Shown piece by piece: positions 23,030 through 36,224 of a stretch of 64,000 bases of DNA. The notes under the pieces were generated by a model, which searched no databases, was not told the DNA's origin, and saw only the letters and a program-made list of their open reading frames with translations. The DNA comes from Azolla caroliniana (taxonomy: Eukaryota; Plantae; Polypodiophyta). The number at the start of each line of letters is the position of its first letter. The first letter of the stretch is position 1. The position numbers were made by a program, and so were the translations under genes. The stretch is taken from positions 3,658,001 through 3,722,000 of the forward strand of contig JBHGNT010000003.1 of the NCBI GenBank assembly GCA_043228905.1, written 5' to 3'.

Positions 23030-26000
23030 CCTTAGTCGAAACAAATGATAGGAGACCAAGATTCATGTGAATATTTGTCAAAATTAGATCCAAACTGGAA
23101 TGAGAAGTGTGTGAAAGCTGTCAAGATACATTCAAAATGGGTATGAGTCTTGCCCCAAACACATCAAAATAGTATCAGAAGATACAAATCTTTGCCAAAT
23201 TTTGATTCAAAATGATATGAATGGAGTCAAAATACATTCAAAATTGTATAAGACGGCTTGACTTTTGTTCAAAACGCATCCTTCGGCCATGAATCTTTGT
23301 CAAATGACATTGAAATGGTATTAAAAGGGCATGATTCTTGTCAAACTACATTCAAACCCGTCAAAGTGTATAAAAGAATGGCACCAGAAAAACAACGATT
23401 CTGGTCAAAATACAAACAAAAAATGATATCAGGAAAGGGCATGAATTGTATCAAACCACATGCAAAAAAAAATAAGAAATCGTTATATGAAGAAAGGGCA
23501 TGAAGATGATTGATAGAAGAAAAAAACCTTATAGAAGAGATGGGTTTCTTTTTTTCTGGGTTTTAGGTTTTGTGTGTGTGCGTGTGTGTAGGAGGAATCT
23601 GTGTGTGTGCAGGAGAAGGGGGGGGGGGGGGGGGGGGGAGAGGTTCTCTCTGAAATCAGTGAAACTGCAGGAACAGGGCAGAAGGAGAAGAACAGAGACG
23701 GAAGAAAAGATGTCCAACGGATGGATGAATGGCAAAAAGCAAATGGATTGAGACAAAAAGCAAACGCAAACGCAAACGCAAAAACCCAAAACTAGCACTA
23801 GCCCCTATGTTTTCCCCGATTACATCACATACCTCTCTCTCTCTCTTGGGCACCATAGATTTTTCAGTGATTTTTTTCCATGGGGCACACCCATGGAGAG
23901 AGAGAGAGAGAGAGAGAGATCTGGTGGTAGCAGTATATGATGAAGAAAATTAAGGGTCCTTTTTCAATCCCTTTCCAGATATCTCCTCGTTGGTTCTGTT
24001 AAATATCTCCCGAAACGAGCCATAAGGTTCTCGTTTCCTATGATGATTTTTCCAATCGTTTAGTTATGCTTTGATATGAAAGCGACTTGTATGTTATCTG
24101 ACCTTCTTATCTTATTCAATTGGGCGGTATTCATAATCGCTCCTTAGGAATTCAGATCACATTGGCTTAGCTTGTGTCGCTCTCGCCCTTGTCTCTTTTG
24201 TAGTATCAATGACAACTAGCTCCAAAATAAAGATATGAGAAAAAAGGGACCTAATTTCGGTCACAATGTGAAGACTATAATGAAGCTAAATGCACATTCA
24301 AGCGTGTCATAGTGAATGGTCTATCGCGTTCCTATGGTGATAACATTGCATAAGAGAACCAAACCTCTACACCACTCACATATCAAAACTATCTCGAAGT
24401 GCAAATCTATGCAAAACACCATCGAGAGCAATGACATGTCTTATAGTCTTATTTATAAAGGAGTCTCCCTTCCCATGCCTAGATATTTATTTCTAGTACC
24501 TATAATTCAGTTCTTTTTTTCTCAACAAGACATGAAAAGGGATACGAATGAGTGTATTCTTGTCTTGGTCGCATTGGACGCACCTATGTCTTTCTTCCTT
24601 TATTTGATTCTAAAGATAAATGCTAGAAGTAACTCCACATCCTCATTGCCTTGTTTGTAATGTCATGCCTCACCTACATAAGCTTGTCATGCTGACAATC
24701 AACAAGGAAGACCTCAAAAAGATTGGTCTTTATATTTAAGTTATCAACAAGGTAGACCTTAAAAAGATAAGTCTTTATATCTATGTTTATATACATATGT
24801 GTTTATATCTGACAAAAAGTGCAATATCCTCAAAATATACAAGAATTGATGATTTGGTATTTGCAACTCCTAAAGATTTCCAACATTAGGATAACTTTGT
24901 TTCAAAAAGTACACCATCGACTCTTCACTTTTTATTAGGTCAAGTTCACAAGGTATAAAGCCTTATGCAATCAACACAACAATGTCTCATCGATTACAAA
25001 AAGGGCACCACACTATATCAATTTTATCAAAGAATAAACATATTTAAATATTTCTAACTGGGACTTCAAATTGTTGGTATTCAATAAGAATTTTCTAATG
25101 CTTAATGCAACAACTTCGAATAACAACCACAAGGTTGTGCTTTGTGTATTTGAGTGCACTTGGATATAGGATTTGTCTAAATACTACCCATATATTATAG
25201 TTGATGGGGGGATCTATGATAACTTAACAAGTGGTATCTTCTAAAAATCCATTAGCACACATGTTTTGTATATATAGGACAAATGTTCATGTTTTGGGAA
25301 TTTTTTTTACTACAAAAGTACGCTTGAACCCACTCTACGAGTATCAAGAAAGCATAGATTGATAGGTTTTTGAGAACCACAAACCATTGTTCTAGACCTC
25401 AAGGAACCTTATAGTAATATGCATGTTGACGTGTGCGCTTGTAAAGATCTAGGACCAATGCTCTTGGACCCACTCTATAAGTGTGGAGTAAGCATCCATC
25501 GATAGGTTCTTGAGAGCAAAGGATGTTGTTCAATACCTTGAGGAGCCCTATGGTAATATGTGTGTATATGTGTGCTTGGAAATATCTAGGAGGACTAGGT
25601 GAAGGCCCATAGGCCATATGATTCATGGTTGTGTGAGTACCCTCTTGAAATTTGCATGCAATTTGCAATGATTTTTCATCAATACAAGGTCTTTAAGCGT
25701 AGTTGATCACTAGAGGAGATTGGGACAATAATCCAGGGCTAGATGATGATGGGATTGCTCTAACTCTCTCTTTAGTTTGATTGAAGTTACTAACCAACAC
25801 TAACTTTTGTTATTGGACTATGGATGAAGTTAAGTTAATCAAGTCATTAAGTGCTAGATTAATATAGAGTTAGCATAATGTTGTAAGCATGTATGAGGGG
25901 GTGAAAGAAGTATAGAGACATGATCGACAAATAGAGCACAAAAACAATCATCTATTTTAGAAAGAGTATTACAAGGCTACCAAGCCAAAGATGTGCTCAT

Positions 26001-26526
26001 TATGGGATTGTCTTAAGTTCTTTACAACTTCTTGTTGTTGTCCATGCTTACGACTTATGCCAACAACAAGATCTCCTGGTGGAGTGTGGACAACCTCATT
26101 GAATTGCCCTTACAGTACAATATCACTAGATGGTCTAGTTGAAGAATACTCTAGTTGGATTGTCTTTATCTGTGCTGTGCTTCTGCACATTATGTTCATT
26201 GTTATCAAAGCTCCACAAATTTCATCCACTTGGTGTTAACATTGGATTCTCGGATATCACAATGTAGCTCTTGCCCTCAACATCCGATCTGCATGCAAAC
26301 CATCAAAGCACAATGCCTTATACTCCACTTATACATCAACATCGATAACATAGTTTATTGTTCAAGCATTAATGATCCAAGAGGACACTAGATGGAGTAG
26401 TACCTGTTTACTTCTGTCTATGGAGTCCGAGTAGGAGTCACAATACCCCAGACAACTGTGTGCTTTGACTTGAATATGATGCCATGGTGACCGATGGTAC
26501 CATCAAGTACTTCAGTAACGATAGTG

Positions 26527-29500
26527 TCATTGACTTCTTTGTGCTTGTTTCCGCATTTCAAGTAATGAATTTATCTTGAGAACATCCTCTTGCATTCCCG
26601 CATCAGCATAGATACCGGACATACATAGATATGCCGATGCATCCATTTCGTCCAACACTATAGCTCGTTCGAAAGCTTTTTTCCCATATTCTACACTGCC
26701 CCATTTTCTGCAAGCATCCAACATAGTATGCCAAGCAACTATATCAGCATTCCATGGCATTTTCTCGAGTAGAACTAATGCCCTATCTATGTGACCAGTG
26801 CGACCCAAAAGATCAGCCATGCAAGTGTAGTGCTCAAGAGTTGGGGAGATATCATAATCTTTACTCATTGCATCAAAGTAAGCTTCACCTTTATCCACTA
26901 ATAATGCATGACTACATACATTTAGAACACCGATAAATGTCACCACATCTGGTGTTTGTCCTTCATCTCTCATTCGATTAAATGTATTTAAAGCTTTTGC
27001 ATTCTCCCCTAATTGTGCATAACCTAAAATGAGTGCATTCCATGATACCACATCTCGAACTGGAAGTTTGTCAAAAATTTGCTCCGCTCTTCCAAGAGGC
27101 CCACATTTTGCATATAGATCAACCAATGCATTATTGATAATATGGTCATGTTGTTCCAAGATACCTTTCCTAGCCATTTCAGCATATATTTCTTCACCTT
27201 TCTCCCTGGCTCCAATGTTTCCACATGCTTTCAAGATGCTAAAGAATGTGATTGCATCGGGCATGACCCCTTCTACTTCCATCTTTTCCAGACAGTCCAA
27301 TGCTGCTTTGCCCTGCTCTGAATTAGCATATCCACCAATCAAGGAGTTCCATGATATAACATCTCGAACCAAAAGTTTGTCAAACACTTCCTGTGCTTTC
27401 ATAAGCGAACCACACTTGGAATGCATATCAATTAATGCATTTCCAATACAAGAAACATTTAGCAATCCTTGCCTATTGATCTCAGCATGTATTTTTTGAC
27501 CCATATCAATGGATCTGATGCTTCCACAAGCTTTCAAGCTGCTGGTAAATGTGATTGCATTTGGAGAGACACCATCCAATTGCATCTTCACAAAATAAGT
27601 GAGTGCTTCACTGCCATAATTTTGTTGAGCATATCCTGAAATGAGTGAATTCCATGCAATGATATCTCTGGTCTCAAGCGTGTCGAAAACTTCCTGTGCT
27701 TTCTTAAGCCAACCACATTTGGCATACATATCCACAACCGCACTTCCAACAACAAGGCTTGATTCAATTAAACCTTCTTTAAAAACCTTTGCATGTATTT
27801 CTTGTCCTTTAACTATCTCTCCGATTATACCACATGCTTTCAAGATGCACACAAATGTAACTGGATTAGGAAGAACCCCTTCATGTTGCATTTGTTCAAA
27901 ATAATCCAATGCTTTGATACCGTGGTCCTGTTCCACATATCCAGCTATTAATGTTGTCCATGAAACTACATCTTGAACCTGAAGATCATGAAAAATTTCA
28001 TGTGCTTTGGAAAGCAAACCAAATTTCACATACATGTCTATCAACGCATTTCCAAGAAAGGGTTCTTTCCCAAGGAGGCCTCTTCTAGCAACTTCACAAT
28101 GCATTTCTCTACCCTTGTCTGAATCTCCAATGCCCCCACAAGCTTTAAAGATGAACGAAAATGTTACAGGGTCTGGTGAGAGACCTTCTGATTCCATCTT
28201 TTCAAAACAAACTAAAGCTTCATTATTACAATCATGGTCTACATATCCTGCTATCAACGCATTTGATGTAATTACATCTCGTTCAAGAATATTGTCGAAT
28301 ACTTTCTGTGCTTTTTCAAGCAAACCACATTTTGTATACATGTAAACTAATGCACTACCAACAAGAAGGCTCCTTTCCAGCGACGCCTTTTTGGAAATCT
28401 CAGCATGTATTTCTTCACCCTTGTCTATTGCTCCTAAACTTGCACAAGCTTTTATGATTGTAATATACGTGATAGCATTTGGTGATACTCCCTTTAGTTG
28501 CATTTGTTCATAACAACTCAATGCTTCTTTGTTATGGTTATGTTTCATATACCCTGTGATTAATGCATTCCATGAAATGACATCTTGAACATGAAATTGA
28601 TCAAACACCTCGTGTGCTTTTGCAAGCAAACCGCACTTCGCATACATGTCTATAAGGGCACTTCCAACCACTTCATTTTTCAGCAAATCTTTTTTTATGA
28701 TATCAGAATGAATCTCTTTACCTTTCTTAGCATCTTTTAGAATACCACATGCTTTTAAGCTACACACATACGTGTGTGCATTCGGTGAGACACCCTCCCG
28801 TTGCATATTTCCATAATAATTGAGTGCTTCCACTCCAAAATCATAGTTAGCATATCCACCAATCAGAGTTGTCCAAGTTACCACATCTCGAGTTGGAAGG
28901 TTATCAAAAACTTCTTGTGCATTTGTTAGGCATCCACACTTAACATACATGTAAACTAAAGCATTGCCTAAAATTAGTTCTTTTTCCCATAACCCTATTC
29001 TCTCGACATGGGCATGCAATTCCTTGCCCTTCTCGATGGCTCCAAGACTGCCACATGCCTTCAAAAAACACACATAAGTTAATGCATTTGGACATATACC
29101 TTGGATTTGCATCTCTTGAAAGAATTGAAGCACTTGCTCATTGTGATCATGTTTCACATAGCCAGACATGAGGGATGTCCAAGACACAACATCTCGAACC
29201 ACGAGGTTATCAAACACCTCTTGAGCTTTTGAAAGACATCCACCTCTCACATACATATCAATCAAGATGTTACTGTGAAGACATTTTTTCTCTAATGACC
29301 ACTTCCGAGCAATTTCAGCATGCATTGTAGAACCACTTTTGGCATCTTTTGTGTGACCACAAGCCTTGAGTAACAATGAAAATGCATATATATTAGGTTC
29401 TGAAGACCTATCTTCTTGCATTTGTATGTACAAACCAATGGCTTGATTCAATTCGCCATATTTAACCAGATCTGTGATGAGCGAATTCCAGAAATTCTCA

Positions 29501-29715
29501 ACGCAGAATGACGAGTTTTTCAGGATTTCATGAGCTTCCAACATGTGACCAACATCTAGTAACATTAAGATTATGTGATGTCCAATCAAATTATGAGCTC
29601 TTAGACCATATTTCCACATGCATTTGTAAAAGCAAAGAGCGATGACAACATTCCTTTGTTTCTTGTATTTGGGAAGATCACATAAAAGGCTGCAAACAGA
29701 GGCAAGAGGTGGCAT
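26527..29715 (-). CDS. Intronless PLS-class pentatricopeptide repeat protein with E-type C-terminus, no DYW domain (organellar RNA editing factor-like)
   Basis: About 8 P-L-S triplets (DVVSWxxLIxGY / PNxxTFxxxLKACG / GNALxDMYxKCG), then SPTLEHYTCMADLLGRTG, WHTMLDACRKWG and SAYLCMSGIYADAG. The first in-frame ATG is at 29715; the ORF-track start at 29850 is GTG. Confidence 0.93.
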   Translation of the reverse strand: MPPLASVCSLLCDLPKYKKQRNVVIALCFYKCMWKYGLRAHNLIGHHIILMLLDVGHMLEAHEILKNSSFCVENFWNSLITDLVKYGELNQAIGLYIQMQEDRSSEPNIYAFSLLLKACGHTKDAKSGSTMHAEIARKWSLEKKCLHSNILIDMYVRGGCLSKAQEVFDNLVVRDVVSWTSLMSGYVKHDHNEQVLQFFQEMQIQGICPNALTYVCFLKACGSLGAIEKGKELHAHVERIGLWEKELILGNALVYMYVKCGCLTNAQEVFDNLPTRDVVTWTTLIGGYANYDFGVEALNYYGNMQREGVSPNAHTYVCSLKACGILKDAKKGKEIHSDIIKKDLLKNEVVGSALIDMYAKCGLLAKAHEVFDQFHVQDVISWNALITGYMKHNHNKEALSCYEQMQLKGVSPNAITYITIIKACASLGAIDKGEEIHAEISKKASLERSLLVGSALVYMYTKCGLLEKAQKVFDNILERDVITSNALIAGYVDHDCNNEALVCFEKMESEGLSPDPVTFSFIFKACGGIGDSDKGREMHCEVARRGLLGKEPFLGNALIDMYVKFGLLSKAHEIFHDLQVQDVVSWTTLIAGYVEQDHGIKALDYFEQMQHEGVLPNPVTFVCILKACGIIGEIVKGQEIHAKVFKEGLIESSLVVGSAVVDMYAKCGWLKKAQEVFDTLETRDIIAWNSLISGYAQQNYGSEALTYFVKMQLDGVSPNAITFTSSLKACGSIRSIDMGQKIHAEINRQGLLNVSCIGNALIDMHSKCGSLMKAQEVFDKLLVRDVISWNSLIGGYANSEQGKAALDCLEKMEVEGVMPDAITFFSILKACGNIGAREKGEEIYAEMARKGILEQHDHIINNALVDLYAKCGPLGRAEQIFDKLPVRDVVSWNALILGYAQLGENAKALNTFNRMRDEGQTPDVVTFIGVLNVCSHALLVDKGEAYFDAMSKDYDISPTLEHYTCMADLLGRTGHIDRALVLLEKMPWNADIVAWHTMLDACRKWGSVEYGKKAFERAIVLDEMDASAYLCMSGIYADAGMQEDVLKINSLLEMRKQAQRSQ

Positions 29716-30314
29716 AATAATATCAATATCTCCTTTTTTTCTTTTCCCTCTTTTCTCTTCTATTTTAGTCCCTCCCCTGCCTCCTCTGTTCCAGTCAAAG
29801 AGAGGGTAATCATGGGATAAATAACTGCTTGAGCTATGGAGAGTCCCCACAATAAATGAATCAACTGATCCGATTCAGTGTTTCTCCCATTGATCAATCA
29901 TCAAAGCAAACATAAAATCTCTCTCTCCCTCTCTCTCCTATTTTCAGAATTCCAAAGGGTACCCCTCCAAGAAGAATAATGTATACAGTATCACTAATCG
30001 AAATAGACTACTACATGATTAGAGCAGCAAAAACCATGACCTCACGAAGGACATATAAAAAAACCTAACGACGAACCGTGTGGCTTAGAGGACTAGGTAC
30101 AGTAAGAGATCATGTTAGACCAGTTGGCAGAAGAATGGGCCTAGGATGTCGGAATATAAAATATTATCCGACGAAGGATGCATCGCCAGAGACAGTACAA
30201 AAGAAGATGACACTTTGTGCTTCGCAAATGTGTAGCTATCTCCACACTTGAACTCATCACTATCTAGTGTATTACCAAAACTACTCACAATGGTGTTGTT
30301 AACAACATTACACC

Positions 30315-30825
30315 TAGCAATCGGCAACGGTTCGGTTTGAACCGAACCAAACTGTGAAACTGCGGCTCAACAATTTAACTGTTAAAACGGTATGGTTTGG
30401 TTCAGTTTCAAGTTTACTTTAAAGGTTCGGTTTGGGGGGGTCAAAGGCTCGGTTCAGTTGGGTTCAAACGGTTGCCACTTGATTATTTTCTTAAATAATT
30501 TTTTGAGCAACCTTGTCATATTTAAGCTTAATTTTGACATTTTGGGGAAAAATTTTGAAATATTGAAAGATTTAAAATTTTGAAATTTGACCTAACTTGA
30601 AAATCGAAACTGAACCATGAAACTACGGTTTTAACGGTTTAATGGGTTGAAAATCTCTAAAACCGTTTGGTTTGAGTTTGGATTTTGTTTTAGTGGTTTG
30701 GTTTGAATAGTTTCGGTTTAAATGGTTTCATGTTTCAATTCAGTTCAGTTTAAGTTTCAATTTAAAAAAATGGTTTGAGTTTGACACCCTCAAACCAAAT
30801 TGATCCGAACCGCCTTTGATTGTTA
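30315..30825. mobile_element. Non-autonomous hAT-like MITE
   Basis: Imperfect TIRs TAGCAATCGGCAACGGTTCGGT / TCCGAACCGCCTTTGATTGTTA, flanking 8-bp near-duplication ATTACACC (30307-30314) / ATTACACT (30826-30833), and many internal AACCG/CGGTT subterminal motifs. Confidence 0.75.
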
Positions 30826-33800
30826 ATTACACTGTCAAGCAGTTTGCTCAGTCTTTGAGCATTATTATCTATTTCCTGGTCGAGCTTTGATTTTTAGCTT
30901 TTGCGTGGGGCGTTGTACCTAACTTAATGAAGTGATGGTTTCATAATGTCAAACATACTGATCGAATTTCTCTTCCATTACGTCAGCGAAATCTTTGTCC
31001 AAGGACCAAGGTGTTGTTGTAAATGGCAAGCAACAATAGTGCCTGCTCCTTCAACTAAGATATGGTGGGCCTACCACCATTAACACTCAACTGAGTGACT
31101 CATCTACCTACAAGCTTGTGTACTGCATGTATGTGCAATTGTCAAAGCTTGTACTTGGTTGCTTTAAGATTCATACTAATGAGATTTTGATATAAATATG
31201 TGTACACATAAACACAAGAAAAGAACTCATTAACAAGGATGACCTCTTATACTTCGGAAATCATTTGTCGCGCTCTTCCCTTGCTCGTCTTCATCATGGC
31301 TTTTTCCCTTGAATCCATGCATTGTGAGGACTCTTGCCTTTCTTCATTATTATAGGGTGATAGATGGAAAATGTCAACGAGTGGGCTCACTCTGACTTGC
31401 AAGTGGTTGTTTTTTCTAACACTCTCAACAACATTATTATTATTGTGCACATTTTTCACAATCTAGTGAAGTTTATTGTACAAAGTATATTTCTTAATGT
31501 TGTGAAAGGATAAAACTCAAGTCTCGAACAATGTTTTCATTTACAGAACTTGAATTGGTGATTTACAAACTTTGGAATTAGGTCATGTGTTAAGGGGTTA
31601 ATCCAAACCGTTGTGGACTAACAAATGTAGTAGGTAATGGTAACATATTCAAATTTAAGGAGATATCAGAATTTGCCATTCACATCTTTTTCACTTTTGG
31701 CCTATCTCATTGGATGGGTTACTTATATCAAGTTCAAGATATTGATTAGCGTTATTTGTTTAATCTAACAAGTACATGATGTAAACCCATGAACATGCAT
31801 GAACAAATGTGCACATACATATTTCATAATTTTGTCATGCTAGGTTGTTAAAACCATGCATGATCTAAACAAAATTAAATTGTTGAATTGTGATCTGTTA
31901 TAATCTCGAATAAAAAAGCCTAGCATGTTAAAAGAATGATAAAAACTTAACCACAAAAGAAATGCTTGAAAATGACACCATCCAAGGGATCCTATGATTT
32001 AAGCAAATTTTAACGACAATACATATATAGACACAATGCTTGAATTTAGGAAGGAAAATTTTAAAACAATTAAGTAAGAGGTAATAGTTGCAAAAATGTT
32101 GTGATTGCTTACCCTATTGAGAGTTTACTCAACGAGCAAACTTTCCCATGTGTCAATTGTCGATTCTTATTATAATTGTGAAATATAAAGTTGAAAGACC
32201 CCATTAATTTCCAAACTAGGATTTTAATATCACTTTGGTTTATTTTGGTGACACAAGGATTACTACTTTTCTTCTTTGCAATCTATTGGAATAAATATGG
32301 GCTATTGGATCTACTACACAACTTGAACGTCTTCCCAACAACATTGCCCCAACAAACTTTTCCAGAGTACATGTTTAACAATGGGTAATGGCGATGAGAT
32401 GGTAGCAAATGTGTGACGTGCCTTTTTTGCTAAATCAAATGTCTATGCAAGTACAAGAAGAAATGGGTGAACCAACCATGGATATTAATGATGAGATGTG
32501 GAGGTGAATGTCCATCAATATGTTGCTTTTGCTAAATGGTATACAAGCACACATGGTGATGCATGCTAAGTCCATTTTGAGCACGTGGGGGGGGTCATGG
32601 ATGTTATAAAAGAAGGGACAATGCTCATTACCAAAGTTACAAACTTTACGTGACTAGATGCCTAGGTTTCATTGCTTGTTCAATCACATCGAACTTTAGA
32701 AGGAGACAATATTGAATCCCAATTTCCTTCTTCAAGACTCCAACACTAATTATTTTGGCAACAACGTTACTTAGACGTACTTATCTTCGGTTATATTTTA
32801 CAATCCGAACTTGTCTTCTTATCTTAATATTATGGTAGAACAAGATCTCTCTTGTAGTTCCATGACACACCCACTTGAGCATGTTATAAGATAATTGTTA
32901 TTGATGACGAAAGGAGCATCGTACCATGTGCTAGATTTTAGGAAAATTAAATACTTTCACCACCAACTTTTGTAAAGTATCAAAATTTGTACAATCAAAA
33001 GTGTCTTTATGTATCAAAATTAGCCCTACACATTTATTATTCTAATTCCTTGCCTTTAGAGATTGATGGGGTTTATATAAATTTGATACTTGTTCCTCTA
33101 GTGATATGAAAGCATGATTATGTCCATTGTCGAGTGAGAAATCTGAATTGATGTATCATGTTAATAGTATGCAAATGTCTCTTATAAAATAGGAAGCAAT
33201 AAATGCATATATGCATGACTCTTTTTAGAAAAAGGTAATGTGTTCATGGTGTATGAGGGATACATGATTAAGGGGTCATACATGGATTATCACTTTTCTT
33301 CTTTGCAATCCATTGAAATAAGTATGGTTCATATGTTTTCATTTGCATATTTGTGGAAACCCAAAACTAATTTTGATGTGAGAGAAATAAAATTTATTTC
33401 GACACATCTATCAAGGAAAGAGAGACACTTTGACAATGACTCTAAACCTTGAAGGAAATGTCAATACTTCAAAGAAAGAGGGAAGTTGTTAGCTTGTATG
33501 TTTGATAGAGAAAAAAACCCCTTTGATTCATCTTGTTGGCGAGATTGAACTTGTAAGTGTAGTGAACACATGTTAGATGTTTTGGGTGGAGAGATTCATG
33601 TGCATATTAAAAAGGTTTGTTCTTCAAATATCATGGTTAGAGGGATCAAAGGATGGCTACATAAAGAATGCATATACTAAGTACATCTTTTAGTATTTGC
33701 AAAATGTGCATGAAGACACACCTCTTACATGGACACATGACGAAGAAAACACAATGATCAACAAGATGCTTAGTGGCAAATTTACACCATTTCGACTTTC

Positions 33801-34254
33801 GCAGGAAGAGCAAGAGAGCATCACAATAATTATAAATGATTACAAATGTATAGATATTCAAGTGACACAAAGTGACGAGGTGTTATGGCTAGGCCAACAC
33901 CTCCACTCGTCAAATGGATACAAGGTAGATTCGAACGAGCAAAGATGAATGAAGCGGAAATACCTAGAGAAATTTCAAGTTTGGCATTGGATGTGACAAA
34001 AAAATATAATATGTATTTAACATATCATCATGTGAAATAACTTTCCTAATTTACATGACCCTGCATTTGAATCCTTGTTCCTATTTATAGATGAGAGCTT
34101 ATAATAGCATCTGAGCCTATGGCCAATAGCTACGAATGTGAAAGTGAGATGGTCTACAAATTACCCAAGTTTCTTGATTTCATAATATCATTTGAAAAAT
34201 TGTTTGCAAGCATTAAGGGTATCAATTTGATTGAAGACAAGCTCACACATACAA

Positions 34255-35090
34255 GTTGATTCGGACAATGAAGCATATTTTTAGTTTATATAAGGATGAG
34301 TGATGATGTTGGCGGGGTTGAAGCATATTTTCATGAGGAGAGGTAGAGAGACACTCATGTTGTTTTTGTAGGTACAAGATTTTGGTGATAATCAGCGACA
34401 GAGAGATAGTTAATGTGGACTTGAGGAAGCTGATTTTCTGTTTTTTTTTATCAGGATGAGTGATGATGGTGTGGGGGTTGAAGCATATTATCATGACGAG
34501 GTGAGGAAAAGTTTTTTTAGACTCATTTGTTGTTGTCAATACAAGATTTTGGTGGTAAGCAATGAGATGGCGAGACTATTGATGTAAGACGATTTTTGCG
34601 GTAATCTCTGAGATGGTTGATGCGGACAATGAAGCATATTTTTAGTTTAGATAAGGATGAGTGATGATGTTAGCGGGGGTTGAAGCATATTTTCATGAGG
34701 AGAGGTAGAGATGGTTGATGTGGACTTGAGGAAGTTGATTTTCTGTTTTCTGATCAGGATGAGTGATGATGGTGTGGGGGTTGAAGCATATTATCATGAG
34801 AAGGCGAGGAAAAGTTATTTTAGACTTATTTGTTGTTGTCAATACAGGATTTTGGTGGTAAGCAGTGAGATGGCGAGACTATTGATGTAAGACTATTTTC
34901 GCAATAATCTCTGAAATGGTTGATGCGAACAAGGAAGCATATTTTCAGCTTAGATAAGGATGATGATGACGTTGGCGGGGGTTGAAGCATATTTTCATGA
35001 GGAGAGGTAGAGAGTACACTCATGTTGTTTTTGTAGGTACAAGATTTTGGTGATAATCGGTGACATCGAGATGGTTGATGTGGACTTGCA
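34255..35090. repeat. Complex tandem repeat, about 300-360 bp units built from shorter subrepeats
   Basis: acaatgaagcatatttttagttta.ataaggatga at about 34263, 34624 and 34926; ggggttgaagcatatt recurs 5 times. Confidence 0.85.
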
Positions 35091-35185
35091 CAAGCATTCA
35101 AGGATAGAGTTGTATAGCATCCTCATTCTTATCTTGCTCAATATAACCCAATAACATGGCATGCCATTGTACCATATCTCCTTTG
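35085..35185 (-). pseudogene. Single PPR motif fragment
   Basis: Minus-strand translation GDMVQWHAMLLGYIEQDKNEDAIQLY followed by LNACAS. Confidence 0.6.
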
Positions 35186-35453
35186 AATCATGTGTGATAA
35201 ATGGATACCTGCATGAAGTGAGAAAAAATCCTCATTTTTTCTCCTAAGATCTAGATGGAATGTCTTTGTAAAACCCACACGAATTCTTTAATGGCCCAGA
35301 TATCTTGAAGAATCTTTACCTTCAACTTGCCTTCATTATAAAGGCCTTTGCAAATCTTCTTCTAAAGGACTCATTCAATCTGGTCATATGAACGCCTTTT
35401 CTTGGATCATTTTAATATCCTTCTATTCTCTTCAACCCCAGGTTGCTTTTATT

Positions 35454-35639
35454 TCAAGCTACCATTTCTACATCATCATCTAGTAACATTTCACCTTTGA
35501 AAAGTGTTTTGAAGGCAAGTAGTAACCTTGGTACTAACGGCAAATCCACCAAGTTTACACTCATCTTATCGAATGCAATACAAACATGGCTTGTATAGTT
35601 GTCACTCAAAATAGGAATTTTTGGGTAACGTTGATTGAA
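35454..35639 (-). pseudogene. Orphan C-terminal fragment of a long-form tRNase Z (ELAC2/TRZ3-4-like)
   Basis: Minus-strand translation FNQRYPKIPILSDNYTSHVCIAFDKMSVNLVDLPLVPRLLLAFKTLFKGEMLLDDDVEMVA* matches the (H)FSQRYPKIP...CIAFDLMSIN C-terminus of plant tRNase ZL. It has no ATG, so it is absent from the ORF track. Confidence 0.8.
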
Positions 35640-35729
35640 TTTTTTGGGTAACGTTGTGCCTCACCAAGTAAACCACAAAAAATCTCTGTTGAGCCATGGT
35701 CAACCTATCTTGTAATAGATGCATTCCAC

Positions 35730-36170
35730 AAGAGAACATCTTTGTTTGCATGAATATCAAATACATCTTGTGCATCTAACAGAGATCAACACCTAGCATA
35801 CATCCAAGAGACCACATCTCAAACTGAAATATCATTGATTGTTTTTTTTTCCTTCCTTTTCAAGCTTGCCACATATAACATACATGTCCACCAAAGCATT
35901 TCCAAACTCAATATTGTCTTCTAACAGGCTCTTACTCATGATTTCCTTGTGACTTTCTATGTCTGTCAACCACTCCTACACTGCCACTTGCCTTTGGCAA
36001 ACTTACAAAGGTGATTACATCCAAAAAATGACCATCATTTTGCATTTGTTCAACAAGATTCAATCTGCATGGCCAAATCTATACTGGTAATATCCTGAAA
36101 TTAGTGCATTCTTAGAAGCCATAACCCGAACCAAAAGTCCCTCTTTGGTCATAGCTTCAAAACACACAAG
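35730..36170 (-). pseudogene. Decayed PLS-PPR fragment
   Basis: Minus-strand remnants NALISGY, DVITFVS and GNALVDMY, with frameshifts. Confidence 0.65.
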
Positions 36171-36224
36171 ATGAGGACAATATGGCAACCTTCTAGCCTC
36201 TTCCATTTCTTTGTCTCCACCCAA

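Noticed and set aside
23500-23953. Cluster of short ORFs upstream of the POLAR-like gene
   Set aside because: Low-complexity 5'UTR/promoter sequence (G-run, GT, GA and GCAAAC repeats).
25900-26526. Possible decayed E+/DYW domain or gene fragment downstream of the PPR stop
   Set aside because: Manual translation showed no PG box, HSE or CxxC/DYW motif and no recognisable family.
26754-28345. Plus-strand and alternative-frame ORFs overlapping the PPR gene
   Set aside because: Shadow ORFs of a long coding sequence; the same applies to those overlapping the Roco, POLAR-like and kinesin exons.
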